Source: Lama guanicoe (taxonomy: Eukaryota). Taken from it: 64,000 bases of DNA. The notes below the pieces were generated by a model that was not told the DNA's origin, ran no database searches, and saw nothing but the letters and a program-made list of their open reading frames with translations. This document shows positions 50,031-62,789 of the stretch, one piece after another. A program made the position numbers and the translations under genes. Where the stretch lies: assembly GCA_013239625.1 (NCBI GenBank), contig MU053379.1, forward strand, positions 3,144,866 through 3,208,865, in the 5' to 3' direction. How positions within the stretch are numbered: the stretch's first letter is position 1; every line of letters begins with the position of its first letter.

Positions 50031-50299
50031 AGTTCCTGTCGTCAGGAAACTAGACTCACTCTGCGTTAAACGCCCTTGGAAAGGGAGCGGACTTCGAGAG
50101 GCATCCCCGGTGGGTCAGGGTCAGGAGCCCAGAGGCCACCTGTCATCCAGCCAGCATCCTGGGTCACTTGACTGTTCGTGGCAGATTCTCCACTTTAGAG
50201 CTCAGACATCACGCTAGAATCAGTTTTTTATATGAACACACGCCTTCTGAGGTTGAGATTAAAGACGCAGAGCAAAGATTAGGTCTAAAACTAATATTG

Positions 50300-50620
50300 A
50301 GCTGCCTTGGGGTGGGCTCCCCAGAGGCAGACCCCAAGACAAGGCTTCTGGTGTATGGGGTGGGGGGCAGCTCCAAGAAGCACCAGTAGGTACGTCATCT
50401 CCCAGGACAGCCACCGCCACTCCACCTCCCTGGGCGGCACACCGCTCCTCTCACTGATGGGGTCTGTGCCCCCACCTGGACCTGGGCGGGCTCTGTAAGT
50501 GCCCGGCCACAGGCTGCGGGGGAGTGCTGCTCTGGGACCTCCCAGCCTGGGATGTAGAGGGCTGGCTGCCTCTGCTTCCTCTGTGCCCAAGGAACCCCGC
50601 TGCCCAGCTGTAAGGCAGCT
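50300..50620 (-). mobile_element. LTR16-like ERVL LTR fragment
   Basis: ttggggtgggctccccagaggcagaccccaagacaagg...ccaagaagcaccagtagg. Confidence 0.5.
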
Positions 50621-51174
50621 CGGGCTGGACCACTGATCATCGAGTAAAGGGGGTCCGTGCCAGGTGCCCTGAAGAGCTGGTGCCTGTTTGGGCACCTGGG
50701 CTCGGTCTGGCCGGGAGCTTCTGGCAGGGGACGGACAGCCTGCCTTAGCATTGCCTGACATGAGACGTGAGGAAGGTGAAGTGTTCGTGCGCTTACACCC
50801 ATCGTCTGGGTGGAGGGCTGCTCCTCGAGGCGTGAACTGCACTTGTGTGAGAGCCGTGCTGCTCCTGCAGCCAGAGACTGGCCGGAGCTGGTCGGAGGAA
50901 AATGCCGCAGGCACGGGAGCTGTGGGGCCCTGGGCTCCGAGCAGGGCCAGCAGGGTCCCCACGGGCTACGTGACCCAGCCCGTGAGCAACTCCAAACCCA
51001 CTTCTCCCATCTAACCGACTTCTGCCTCAAACTCACAACCACGTCACATGCATTGGTTTTTAACTTTCTTCCTGGCATGATGTAGCGTTTTCTTTTCATT
51101 ATTCTAACTCCTATTTTACCTTCTAAGTTCAGCTTGAACATTATCTCCTCTTGGAAACTCTCAGTATTAATTAA

Positions 51175-51640
51175 ATCCCTTTCAGTTACACAATTAAAAA
51201 AAGAGAGAGAGAGACTCAACTCACATGGCCTTGAACAGAAGAGAAATTATTGATTCATTAAAGTGCAAAGTCCTGTCGTAGGCAGGCTTCAGGCTCAGCT
51301 TGACCAAGGCTCAGTTGACAACCCCAGAAAATGGTTTCTCTCAGTTTTTGGATTCAGCCCTTCTCACCTCCATGTAGTGTCTTTATTTTCAGGCTCCAGA
51401 TAATGGCAGGCTGGCTCTACTGCCCTCACCCACCACCTTCTCAATTTTGATGGAGAAGAAAGAGATTTTCTTTCCAGCAGCCCTTATATCCTACAGTCTG
51501 CTAGCACCAGACCAGTTTAGGTCACATGCTTGTCTCTAAACCAATCAGTGCGGCTGGAGGAAAGAACACGCTGTTGCCTCTGGCCTGCGTCATATGCTCT
51601 GGCCCTGGGTCTTGGGCTTCGTTTGAACTGATGGATGATG
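51175..51640 (-). mobile_element. old MaLR (MLT1J/K-like) LTR
   Basis: ctttcagttaca...ctcaactcacatggccttgaaca...ggcttcaggctcagcttgaccaaggctca...ggtcacatgcttgtctctaaaccaatca. Confidence 0.65.
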
Positions 51641-51779
51641 GATTGGTCCACAGGTCTGCTTCCTGAAGAGGGTGAGGGAGTGCTGAGGGAAATAAGGCAG
51701 AAACACCCTCTGCTCCTCTCCTAACCACCTTACCTGCACCCATCCAGCTTGAACTAAACGCCCTTACGCCGTGACCTTA

Positions 51780-51957
51780 GCATTCGCCGTGCTGTGCTGT
51801 AGCGGAGATCACGTGATTCTCTCCACCGATGCCTTGCAAAAACCCTGGGACAGGGACCATGAGGGATGTGTTTCTGTATCTTCACACATACTCACCCCCA
51901 CCAGCATTACAAATTAACTAAATAGTCAGTAAATGCTTGTGGAATGAATGAATGAAT
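51780..51957 (+). mobile_element. L2 3' end
   Basis: gggacagggacc...tcagtaaatgcttgtggaatgaatgaatgaat ((TGAA)n tail). Confidence 0.7.
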
Positions 51958-52067
51958 ATGAAGGACCAGGCAAATTACCAAGTAACCACTTACATTAGGA
52001 TGAGTATACAGACACGGAAACAAAGACAAGTCTCCAGCTAAGGGACCGAGGTTTTGTTTGTTCTGTA

Positions 52068-52565
52068 AATTTTATTAAAATATAACATGCATGTACATAT
52101 ATGTGCGTCCATCATGATCGATCAGTGAATTTTCACAAACTGAGCCACTTACACAACCAGAACCCACACCGAGTCATTACCAGACCCCAAAAGCTCCACT
52201 GACTGCCCACCCCCAGGACGGCTGCACCCCTGACTTCCAGCACCGTGCATCAGGTTCGCTTGTTTCTGAGCTCTGCAGATCATTCATTCTCATTTTTGTA
52301 CTGTAGAGTAGTCCTTTATGGGGAAGTGCCATAATTTATTTACCCATTCAACCGGTGGGGGGTATTCAGGTAGCTTCCAGTTTGGGGCTGTTATAAATAG
52401 TGCCGCAACCACCATTCTAATAAGTGTCTCGTTGGTGAACATTTAGGCACATTTCTGAGTATACCTAGCAGCAGAATTGATGTCATAAGGCAGGCATGTA
52501 TTCAGCTTCAGAAAATGCTTCCAAAATGGGGATGCCAATTTCCAACGCAGCCAAGTGTAAGAATT
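52068..52565 (-). mobile_element. old L1 3' region
   Basis: ttttattaaaatataacat...cagtgaattttcacaaactgag...ttccagtttggggctgttataaatagtgc...atacctagcagcagaattg. Confidence 0.8.
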
Positions 52566-52671
52566 CGACTGAGTTTTGCAGTTTTTGTCTGTGCACCTCG
52601 TGAACACATTTTACGTACCTTCCCAGAGCTATGCACACAATAGATGCTTGATAAATGCTTGCTAAATGCAG

Positions 52672-52772
52672 AGAGGGAGGGAGGGAGGAAGGATGGAAGG
52701 AAGGAAGGAAGGAAGGAAGGAAGGAAGGAAGGAAGGAAGGAAGGAAGGAAAGGAAAGGAAAGGAAAGGAAGG
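52672..52772. repeat. polypurine (GGGA)n/(GGAA)n/(GGAAA)n compound microsatellite
   Basis: About 100 bp nearly pure purine tract with about 13 consecutive GGAA units. Confidence 0.95.
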
Positions 52773-52839
52773 ACCACAGTGAAGATCCCTGAAGAGCCAC
52801 AGAATTTGCTGAAGGCAAACTTTCCCTTTCCTTGACTAC

Positions 52840-53390
52840 AATGTGAATTAAACGAAAGACTTTGTGGGGGATTTCATTCATAATCCCTTCAAAATGAGTT
52901 AGTCCTGCTATGTACTAAATGGATTACGTTTGAATCCCCAAAACAAATCCAACTGCAATTAATGTTTTAATAAACCGATCGCTAGTGTGTGCAATACCCA
53001 CACCTCGTCAGGAGGGATTGCATTGTATTTATAAACATTAATTAGGTGTTTGTTATTGTCAAACCAAATTTAAAATAAATCCACAGCATCACTGGCCACT
53101 TGGGTGGAAAAATCTCGGTGGTGACTGTAATTAGAAAACAGATGTAAGAGAATGGCATTAATTAGTTAGCTAATGGCGAGCTGCCACTAATTGAAACGAG
53201 GAGCACTTATCTCGCAGGATGATAAAATATCTTAGGTGTGAGAGTGAGTGAGCCCCTTTGGGTATTAACAATAAGCCAAAATATTCATTTAACCCTTTCC
53301 TTGGGGCATTTTCACACAAACTCACAATGAAGTCGGTATTCATTGCCAAATAAAATACAGAGTTATAAAAATTTTTTTTGAAGGAGGAAA
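52840..53390. promoter_or_regulatory. candidate conserved non-coding enhancer
   Basis: Repeat-free and AT-rich, dense in TAATTA/TAATCC/TAATTG, SOX-like AACAAT, FOX-like TAAACA and GATA motifs. Conservation not tested. Confidence 0.5.
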
Positions 53391-53759
53391 GAAAGGAATA
53401 GGAGGTATCTGGCAAGATGAAAGGAAATCTGCTCTTTCCAAAATAGGGAAGGGGTTCCTGGTGTCCAGATCTACTCTTGGCGCTTGTCATTCTAAAACTC
53501 CCCTGGGACAGGCGGCTCCTCTTCTCCTGGTTCTTCGGCTCCTTTGGACGCTCATTCGCAGTTTCCTTGCTGGCTCTCCTCCCTCCAGCCCAAACGCCGG
53601 TGCTTGCTGGAGTTCCAGAGGTTTCACCTTTTTGTCTCGCACACTCTCGCCCAGGGTGGTCTCATCCGAGCTGCGACTTCAGCCTCCGCCTGTGTGCGGA
53701 GCCTTGGGTCCACGTCCGGGGCCCGAGCCATCAGGCTGCAGGCTCTAGTGTCCCATGGC

Positions 53760-54125
53760 CTGCTCGCGTTTCCTGCCGGACTGTCCACAGCGACTTTGCC
53801 GCAGACACTACTTGATGCTTTGCCCAGAAGCCCTTGGAGCCTTTTTGTTATTTCTGTGTTCCCCTTCTCCAGTCTCCACGAGGTTGATTCTGCCTGCCCG
53901 CACCCGCTGTGAGAACTCTGTCTCCACACCCAGAGAGCTGGTAGCACCAGGTCCCCGGGGCGGGGGTGGCAGCCAGGCTGAGGCTGGGGCCCGACGTGAA
54001 ATCTTATTCCTGTCCTGCTTCCTCACCCCTCACCTGTCTCCCCTGGGAGCCCACCCTCCATGAGTTACATGCACACGAATCCTCTTCTCAAGGTCTGTTT
54101 CCAGCAGACCTGTCCTCTAAGACGT
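53760..54125 (+). mobile_element. LTR16-like ERVL LTR fragment
   Basis: 3' end ccctgggagcccaccctccatgagttacatgcacacgaatcctcttctcaaggtctgtttcca...taagac; 5' boundary uncertain. Confidence 0.5.
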
Positions 54126-55849
54126 CATACTTCCCTGCCCCGATAGGAGGACCACGTGCCATCCTGCATCCGAGGGGCCACGTGACAGTTCTCCACCACG
54201 GAAACGGAAGTGATGTGTCTCCTCCAGGCCAAGGTTTCCAAGAAGTGGGGGGGCCTCCTCCAGCCCCTCCTGCTCCCTGTGTCTCGGGGCCAGAGGAAGC
54301 TGAGGACTGCGGAACCCCAAGAGAGAAATGATCTGGGCCACCGCAGCCCACGTGGAGGGAAGCCCTCCAACGGACCGGAACATGCACCACTGAACTGTGA
54401 CACGAGCCAGAAACCCGCTTCCATGGTCCGAAGCCCACTGTGATCTGGCCGTCTGTTCGTGAGGGCTGCCGGCGTGCCCTTGACTCTCACACGATCCTGC
54501 TGGGTTCCTCTCTGCCACTGGTGTGTTAGCTCCTGACCTGGTTCCCATTCTTCCCGCCCTCCCAAATCTGCTCCTTACCTATCCACCCGAATACAGCAAC
54601 CTAATGGAAGTGCAAACCCAACCCCGCATGTCCTTCGCTCTTTAAAGCTCTTGAATCGTCCCATGTCCTGTTACGTATAGAATAAAGTCAAGTTCCCTGG
54701 CATCATAAGAGCCCCCGTGACTGACAGCTCCTCTCCTGCCATTCATGGCCGTGTAATTTTCACCCCGGAAGTGCCTGCCTGCTTACAGCTCATGCCTGCC
54801 CAGTCTTTCCTTGCATTTGCCTGATTGGTTCCTAATGGTCCTTTAAGGCTTGGCTTGGACAAGACGCCACCTTTGGGTCCCCTGCGCTGCATTAACCCTC
54901 CCCAAGGGCTTCGCTCCACAAGGCATGGAACACCCACTTCCTGCTCCCTCTCCCGGATCATCCCGCATCCTGAAAGCAGAGAACTCTGCCTTATATTCCA
55001 GAACCTGCTCTATCCCTCCTGCCAATCAGAAGGTTGTTTCCAGGTTCTGAGATCATTTTCAAGCTCAACAAATAAGCAAGGTAAGCACAGCCGGAAAAAA
55101 AAAAGAGCCCCGCATTCTGCCATTTACTTGACATCGCTGGGGTGTGCTGAGGAGCGATATGACAGTTACGGGGTGGAGGCAGGGCTAGGGTTGGATGATC
55201 TCTCTGAAGGGAGCAAGAGGGAAATGAGAAGTTGAGCGCAGAGGGGTGGGACTGTGGGCCTCTGGTCGGAAATCCTATTTCAGACCCAGAAGGAGATGTC
55301 GCTCGGCTGGTCCAGGCATTAACTGCATGTTGAGAGCACGGAGCCCGCACTGAGTTGCTCCTTGCCGGAGTCCATCCACCTGTCAGCGGCCACTCCGGAC
55401 TAGAACCAGAAGCGTGAGCTGGGGAGAAGAGTAAGTCTGAAACGGAACGGTTCTTTTTCAGCTCTGTCCTGAAATTTTAAAGTTGTATTCATTCTGGCTT
55501 TGACAGACTTCACGAGCCATTCCTCTATCTGTGGGTCTTACAGAAATAAGCATTTAAAGGAACATGTGTCCACTGGAAAGTAAACACTAGAGCTGCTGGC
55601 TTGCTCGTGCGGTGGAAGAGGGGGCTGCTTCGTGAAATGCAGCAGACGAGGTCATCTCCGAAGAGGCCCCTAAATCACTGAACGGCCAGAGGGACTCCCA
55701 GCCGGCCTCACCAGCGTCCGCGTGAAATTGGTACGTATCAGCACCAACTAATAAATTTGACTTGGGGCCTGGTTTTCTGACATTTGCTCAAATCCTCAGA
55801 GAACTGTGGCTACTGTAAACCTGTGTACAGTATTTGAATTCTGAATTGC

Positions 55850-56400
55850 TATGCGTGGTTGGCTGCCCGCCAGGACGGGAAATAAAACTCCGTAATAGAA
55901 TGTCATTTTTTAAAAGTCTGGGCGTTATGAGTGGCGGTGCTGTTGTATGACAAACTCATGTTTCTTTTTTGTCTCAAAGGTTTTATTCTCCAGGAAAACT
56001 CATTTGCATTGTTGTCCCATATGGGGGCTTGGACATCCCGGTCCATGATAAAGATGCAGAACAGAATTAGGTCACTAGGCACGCTCTTTTTTCTTTTAAT
56101 AACCCCGTCCAACCTCCTCCTTCTTAATCCCAAGCAGACAAAAGCAATGGAAGCTAAACCGTCCAGAGCCGTGATAGGAAAGGCGGACGAGCAAAGCCAC
56201 CAACGTGCAGCCATTCACTCGCTGTGGATGTGTTTAATTAATCCCATGTGGACTGGTCTTATTCAAATAAAACTATATTTTATAGGACGGCCGCCTTGTT
56301 TCCTGGTCTGCGTGGTGACCCCTGATGGAGGCAGCTGGGCTGCTTTAAGCCGCCAGTTATTACGGCTCTGGCTTCTCTCTGCTAATGGCATCATTCCGGG
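55850..56400. promoter_or_regulatory. candidate conserved non-coding enhancer
   Basis: Repeat-free and AT-richer than flanks. TAATCC at 56125 and 56239, TTAATTAA, SOX-like CATTGTT. Confidence 0.4.
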
Positions 56401-56799
56401 AAGAATCTGTATTCTGTGCAGAGTGGAAACATCCCCAGTGGGTAAGGAATTAGGAGAACATGCGAAGGGTACGAAGCAGCAGCAGCAGGCAGCGGAGGGG
56501 AGGGGGGCTGCTCGGTCCCAGATGCGACCCCAGGCAGGCGGCGAGCTGGGAGCTTGGATGCCTTCCACGGGCTGGCCGGCACCACGTGGGCAGGCCCTCG
56601 CGGTGCCCGGCGGAGCTCTGAGAGGCTGTTTGCTACTGCAGTCCTGTCCAGCCCTCTGGCTTCCCCCCACTTCCCAGCCAGGACAATCCCACGCTGGTGA
56701 ATTAGAGGTCAAGTTTCCAGCGTAGCGGCAATGTCAGAGAACTCGCAGCTCGTGCCTAGGACGTGTCCCGCCTTCTCTGGCACTGATCCATCCAGTCCT

Positions 56800-56950
56800 C
56801 GCTCACTAAAACCCTATGAGCCGGCCGTCGTCATTCCTCCCATTACAGACCTGGAGACCGAGGCACGGGATGGTGAAGAGACATGTCCAGAATCACTTGG
56901 GTATCCGGGAGTCAAACCGAACCAGCTGGGCTCAGAAGTGACGCCCTTCA
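56800..56950 (-). mobile_element. MIR SINE fragment
   Basis: aaccctatgag...cccattacagacctggagaccgaggcacgggatggtgaagagacatgtccagaatcac. Confidence 0.7.
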
Positions 56951-58744
56951 CCTCTGCGCGCCCAGTCTCCCAGGGGACTTGATTTCACACCAGCCAAGAC
57001 TTGAATATTTAGGGCGTTTCTTTCAGAAGCGTCTTGTGCCCCTGACCGTTCGTAACAGCCGCACTGCTCCGTCCCAGCCCCAAACTGGGGCTCACCGCCC
57101 GCCCATCGAGCAGAAGGTAGAAAGATGGAGACACCTGCAGCAGCCAGAGGCTTGACAGCCCAGCTCCCACGGAGGCTGAACCACAGACCAGGTGTGGCGA
57201 GAGGACGGCCCGCACGGAAGCACACACACTGTCCGCGTCCACCTGCGCGCGTCTCCGGTGTCAGCGCTCGGGGTCGTGGCTGCCCTGCTCGGGGGCTGAT
57301 GACCGGGCGGGGCCGCGAGAGGACGGGCCTGGTTTAATTCTTCGCCTGGAAACTGGTCACAGGACAGTCTTCATTCTGTGCAGATTCAAGTCAGCACAGG
57401 GCTGTGGACTCTTTTCTGCAGGTAGGTTTTCTTGGTGAAAAGAAAAAAGAGGTTTTTGAACCATGACCCAAGAAAGTGACTTGTTAGGCCCTCAGAACTG
57501 ATGCTCAAACACCGTCTGTAAGAGAGATCCAGCTCCTCACCAGGAACGGCCTGAGGGCCGCTGGCTGAAGGCTCTGAGGGCGTAAGGGTGGCAGAAGGAC
57601 AGTCCCTTTGACCGTCACCCTGCGGCTTCACTCCACGTGCTGCTGAGCCACCGCCTGGCTGCGGGGCCTTGGGTGGGCAGGTCACCTGGGCGAGCGTGGT
57701 CTGTGCGGGTGGTTTAGGCGCTCTCTTGAGGTCGTTTCCCTGGGAGAGGAGCTGCGACAAAGACGACACCGAGGGTCGCGGGGAGAAGTGCTCTGGACCG
57801 AACGTCCCGTTAGGAAGGTTTGCCCCCGCCAGCGTGGGCTGAGACGCTCCTCGCTGTTCCCCAGCTTTTGTTTTATTTATATTTTTGACTTTTTCATTCC
57901 AGGGGATTTGTTTCATCCTTCTGCCCAGGTTTCCAGAACCCCACCTCTCAGCCGCCCTAAGGGTCCCTGCCTTGAAGAAGCTGGAGCCACCCCGTTGTTG
58001 TGGAATGCACACTGCTTTTCCTTGATGCAACGAATCGTTGTTTAGATACTTGGTTTGGAAGGCTTTCCATTTCGCAGAGGCTTCTGAGTGCCACGTGCCC
58101 ACAGCTGGAGCAGGGAGAGTCCCAGGAGCAAACAGCGTTAGCCAGTGACGTCCCCTCCAGCCTCTCTGTGGGTCAAATATTTTGGCAAACTTAACTGACA
58201 CCCAGCAGGGTCTAAGGCGGGTAATTGTTGAGATGTGATGAGGGAAGAAAAGGCAGGCCGGTTGGTTTTGGGAAATGGCAAATTTTTTGATTCGGGTTTT
58301 CAGAACTTGTCTATTTTATCATCAAAATTCTCATCAAAAGAGTGAGAATAAAACTTCTTACTTTTATAGGAGACGACACTGCTCTGTGACCTCTAGGGGA
58401 ACATCCGTCGAGCTCCTCAGAAAATCACCTGACACCCCGCTCTGGTTCGGCTCTCTCAAATGAGAAGACTGGGTTTTCTCCTGCTGCTTCGGTCTCAGGA
58501 GTGACTTTTCAGGTGGAGACAAAGGCTTAGAACAGCTACCAGGTCATTCTGAGACTTGGTACTGAGCCCAAGTGTAACACAACAGTTGAATTTCGAATGC
58601 AGATGTGTTTCCTAACTTGCATTTGTGATCCTTTTGTGAAAGATTTGAGGTTAGAAGATACTGACTTCTATCCTTTATTTTATCACTTCCAGCATGTTTT
58701 ACAGTCATTTAAAGTTGTGTGTATGTGTCTGTGTTCAAAAGTAA

Positions 58745-58912
58745 GATAAAGTTACTGCATGGCACAGGGAACTATATTCCATACCCTGTAGTAACCTATA
58801 ATGAAAAAGAATATGAAAACGAATACATGTGTGTACATGTATGTCTGAAGCATTGAAGCATGTGCTCTACACCAGAAATGGACACAACTGACTACTTCAG
58901 TTAGAAAAAGAA
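58745..58912 (+). mobile_element. short young L1 3' end
   Basis: gcacagggaactatattc...taatgaaaaagaatatgaaaacgaatacatg...acaccagaaatggacacaactgac. Confidence 0.85.
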
Positions 58913-59799
58913 TGCAAAACAAATTCGTTTAAGTGGAATAAAGAAATCCCACTGGCTTTTAGGGGGATGTTTTTCCTTGATTTAACAGATATAGACAAAA
59001 GGGTACCAATTCTAAGGTTATGGCCAGTGAATTTTCACAAAGCGAATACACTGTGGGTCCCCCAAGTTTGCCCGGCGCCGTGGCAGCCAGTCAGCCCAGG
59101 CAGTGACTATGGCAGGCACTTCTGGCGCCCACAAGGCAGCCCCTCAGCCTACCCCCCGTCAGCCACAGTCCGGGTGGACCAGCCCCGTGTGAGCTCAGAG
59201 TCACATGGAAGCTTCTCACCTTGAAGACCATCCTCGGCGACTGTCTGCTTGACGTCTTAGAGCTTCTCTGGAGCAGCTGGAGGGCTCAGCCCCAGTCCAC
59301 AAGCACGACCTGGAGATGCATTTCCAGGAGAGAGGGCCCTCCAGCCAGCGCAGACAGGGTTGGTGGTGGATCCCCAGCCGCTCTTCCTTTCCAGACAGTT
59401 TTGGGAGGAGCTCTGTGCGCTCGGAGCTCCTGCTGGGAGCCAGGCGCAGCCGCCCTGGGCCCAGTCCGGCTGTGCTGCGTCCCCTCGTCCCGCGCTCACT
59501 CTCCCGGCCCCCCGCACCGGCTCCCTGGGCACGCCTCCCGGCCACACCACCTGCATCCGAGTCCTCAGCCCAGGCTCGGCCGTGCCAGAAACTAGCCGTA
59601 AGACGGCTGCCGGGAAGGGTGTCTGACAGTGGTTCCCTGGAAGACGGTGTCTTCCTCAAGACCCACCAGCCCTTGGCTGCGTTCTGAGGAGTCATAAGGC
59701 TGAGAGCAGCACCGAGTTAGCCAGGCTCAATGGCATAAAACACGTGGCCTTGGTAGTCCAATCCTCTGTGTGTGCCAGACCAACCCCAAATTTCTTGGG

Positions 59800-60460
59800 G
59801 TTGTTTTCTTTTAAGTGACGTAGATTTACATACAGTGAAAGGCCTGATTTCAAGTGAATAATTCAATGAGTATTGACAGATACATACACCCATGTAACTA
59901 GCGTCCCAGACAGGAGAGAGGACGTTTTCTGCTCCCCAAGGAGTCCCTTTACACCCCTTTCTGTTAAAGGCAACCACTGATCTGGTGTCTGTTACTTTGG
60001 ACTAGTTTTGCTCTTGAACTTGAGATACACGAAATCATTGCATATACATCCTTTAGTGTCCAGCTGCTTCTGCTCAGCATAATGTTTTTTGAGACGTGTC
60101 CACTCTGTTGCACGAGTCAAGCGTTCGTTCCTTTCACTGCTAAGTGGTGCGTCATTCTGTGAATACACCCCCGCTCTCTTGCTGGTGGATATCTGATTGC
60201 TGCTGCTTGGGGGCTATCACAACTAAAGCAGTTATGAACATTCACACACGAGTCTTTGTGTGACGTGTATTTTCATTTCTCTTAGATGAATGCCTGGGAG
60301 TGAATGACTCATGGTTTAACTTTAAAAAAAAACTGTTTTCCACAGTGGTTGCACCATTTTTCATCCACACAAGTGGTGGAGGCAAGTTCCCATTGTCCCA
60401 CTTTATCGCCAATATTTGGTTTTATTGATCTTTGTAATTTTAACCACTCTCATCAGTGTG
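59800..60460 (-). mobile_element. old L1 3' region
   Basis: tttacatacagtgaaa...ggcaaccactgatctg...tgctcagcataatgttttttgaga...aactgttttccacagtggttgcaccatttt. Confidence 0.85.
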
Positions 60461-60504
60461 ACCTAATTGCTTTTTAAAGAGAAGGTGACAGTTTGGATTA
60501 TTGC

Positions 60505-60873
60505 TTGGGGTGGATATTACGGCTCCCCTCCCATGGTGAACAGTGTACATGTCCCCACCCCATCAGCCAGGGGAACTGGTTTGGCCAATGGAAGGTCAGT
60601 GGACATCCTGGAAGCGAAAGCGTGTAACGTTCTTGCATGGTGAGCTTTGTACACTTGGTTCTGGGAACACCATGAGCAGAACATGGCTTGGCTAATCCAC
60701 TCATGCAAGAAGGCAGAGAGATGTGGAGAAAAGTTAGGCACAAACTGCTCTCAGCACTAAATGCAGCGGACCAGCCACCTTGGACATTTGGAGAATAAAT
60801 GAGCATGTTTCAGGCCACTGGGTCAGGGATGCTTTGTTACACAGCATTACTGTGGCAGTGACTGACTGCCACG
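60505..60873 (+). mobile_element. MaLR (MLT1H/I-like) LTR
   Basis: tttggccaatggaa...ccatgagcagaacatg...gagaataaatg...ttgttacacagcattactgtggcagtgactgactg. Confidence 0.75.
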
Positions 60874-62379
60874 ATAGAGATAGGCGTCCTTGTCAATCTT
60901 GTCACACTGCCAAGAAGCATACCCGTCCTGCTGTCAGCTAAACTGACTGCTGAAGCCTGCATTTAGCCAGCACAGTGAGTATCTGCCTTCTAGCAACTCC
61001 CGGCAACCTTGAACTACCTCCGCTCAGTATTTAACAAAGGCTTGATTAAAAGAAACAATATTTACAGAGGACTGCCTGAAAGTTATGCCGCCCACCCACT
61101 GCCTGCATTCTCTAAAGTGTCCCTCTGCATTAGTCCCAGTGGCAGAGAGCTGTGTCCTAAGGCTGAATTGCTTTCATTCTCCCTGGGGGACTTCTACAAG
61201 GTCGTGCTTTGGTGCCACCCCATCGATGTATCTTGGAGGAAATCCCACGGAAAACTTCGATGATAGGTGTGCTTGTGTCTGCTGTAAGGACACTGCTGGG
61301 GCTGCTCCATGAAAGGCCATGGGTGGGGATCATCTCTAGTTTCAGCCCCAGTGGCTACTGGACTCTCCTGAAGAACTCTGAGCTTTTAGCACATCAGGAG
61401 TCATGGGTCTGGTCCAGTTCCCTTCCTTGCATTGTCCAGCACACAATTCAGGTCAAATTCATGGCCCACTGCATTTAACCTTTCAGCATGCTTTTAAAAA
61501 ACTATCTTTGCTCTTGGCTACTCTCTAATATTATGACTCAAGTCATTTAAAATTGTGTGTGAGATTTGGTGGGGCATTGGTTGCAGAATGTGGTGGCAGT
61601 CATCCCTGGTGCCACCAGCCACCTGGTTTCATCACAGGTCCTCCCTCTTGGTTACTCTCATCAATTCCGCCTCCAAGGTCCATCACTTTGTCCTCTTTAG
61701 CTCAGCAATGTGAGCACGCATGACAGGCCAACTGTGTGTTAAGCACTGAGAAAAAATATGAGCATGGTTGGTTCTTGCCCTCAAGGCACTTGCAGTCAAT
61801 TGAGGAGATCAGACAGGGATTGGGCACCTACATCTCCTACCTCAATAGGAACATCCTCATTTGTTTCTCACGTGATTAACAATAACTGTCTTACTCAGCA
61901 GCTCTTTTCACAATGCTCCCCATCCTTCAAGCCAAGTTGTGATGCCGCGACTTGCAGGAAGCCTTCCTTGATCTCCTTCCTTTCCTTCCCTGTCTCCAGA
62001 CGGAAACATCTGCTTTGCCGTCGCTGCGGCAGAACTCGACATTTCCATGCACGATTTATTCTCAGCTCTCCGAGATCGTTCTTAGAACGTGTGTCTTATC
62101 TCTTTATCCAGACAATAAGCATCATGAGGGCAGGGTCTGTCCTGTTTTCATCGTGTCATACATTTATTTGCCAATATTTGAGCACACATACTAGATGCCA
62201 GATATTGTGCAGGGCAAGGAGACCATTAAATAAACAAGACACACGCTTCACCACCAAGGATGGCCCTGTCTGGTGGGAAAAGCAGGTGTTGTGGTAGGTT
62301 GTATTATTTGTCCCAAATGTGTGCTTCCCCTCCCTGTCACAGGGTTACAGCCACCGACACTACGCTTGATCTTGCTGGG

Positions 62380-62740
62380 TGTGTCAGTTTCCTTTGGCAG
62401 CGTAACAAGTAGCCCCAGATCTCAGTGGCTGCAAACAACAGTCACATATCAGCTCACGGTTCTGCGGGTCGGTGCTGTGAGCTGAGCTCAGCTGTGTGGT
62501 TCGTGGCTGCTCCCACCTGGGCTCACTCGTATGACTGCAGTCGGCTGGGGCTCAGCCATGCCGGGTGGTCGAGGACCAGCTCCGTCCTGTAACAGAGGTT
62601 GGTGGGCCGTTGCTAAGGCAACTTGGTTATCCTCCGCATGCCCCTCCAGCAAGCTGCCTCATTCAGGGTGGCCAAAGGGCCCCAAGAGAAAGAAAAGAAG
62701 ACAAGCCTTAACACACAAGTACTTTTCAGACCTCTGCTCC
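62380..62740 (-). mobile_element. MaLR (MLT1-type) LTR
   Basis: tgtgtcagtttcc...gcgtaacaagtagccccagatctcagtggctgcaaacaaca...gctcacggttctgcgggtc. Confidence 0.75.
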
Positions 62741-62789
62741 CGTCACTAAGTGAATGGCACGAATTTGCCAGACACCAGTGGAAGCAGAA

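Noticed and set aside
50291..51219. 223-aa and 274-aa overlapping minus-strand ORFs
   Set aside because: They run across LTR-derived and other repeat-like sequence, have no domain, and several frames are equally open
57386..58201. 271-aa minus-strand ORF
   Set aside because: Non-ATG start and no recognisable protein features
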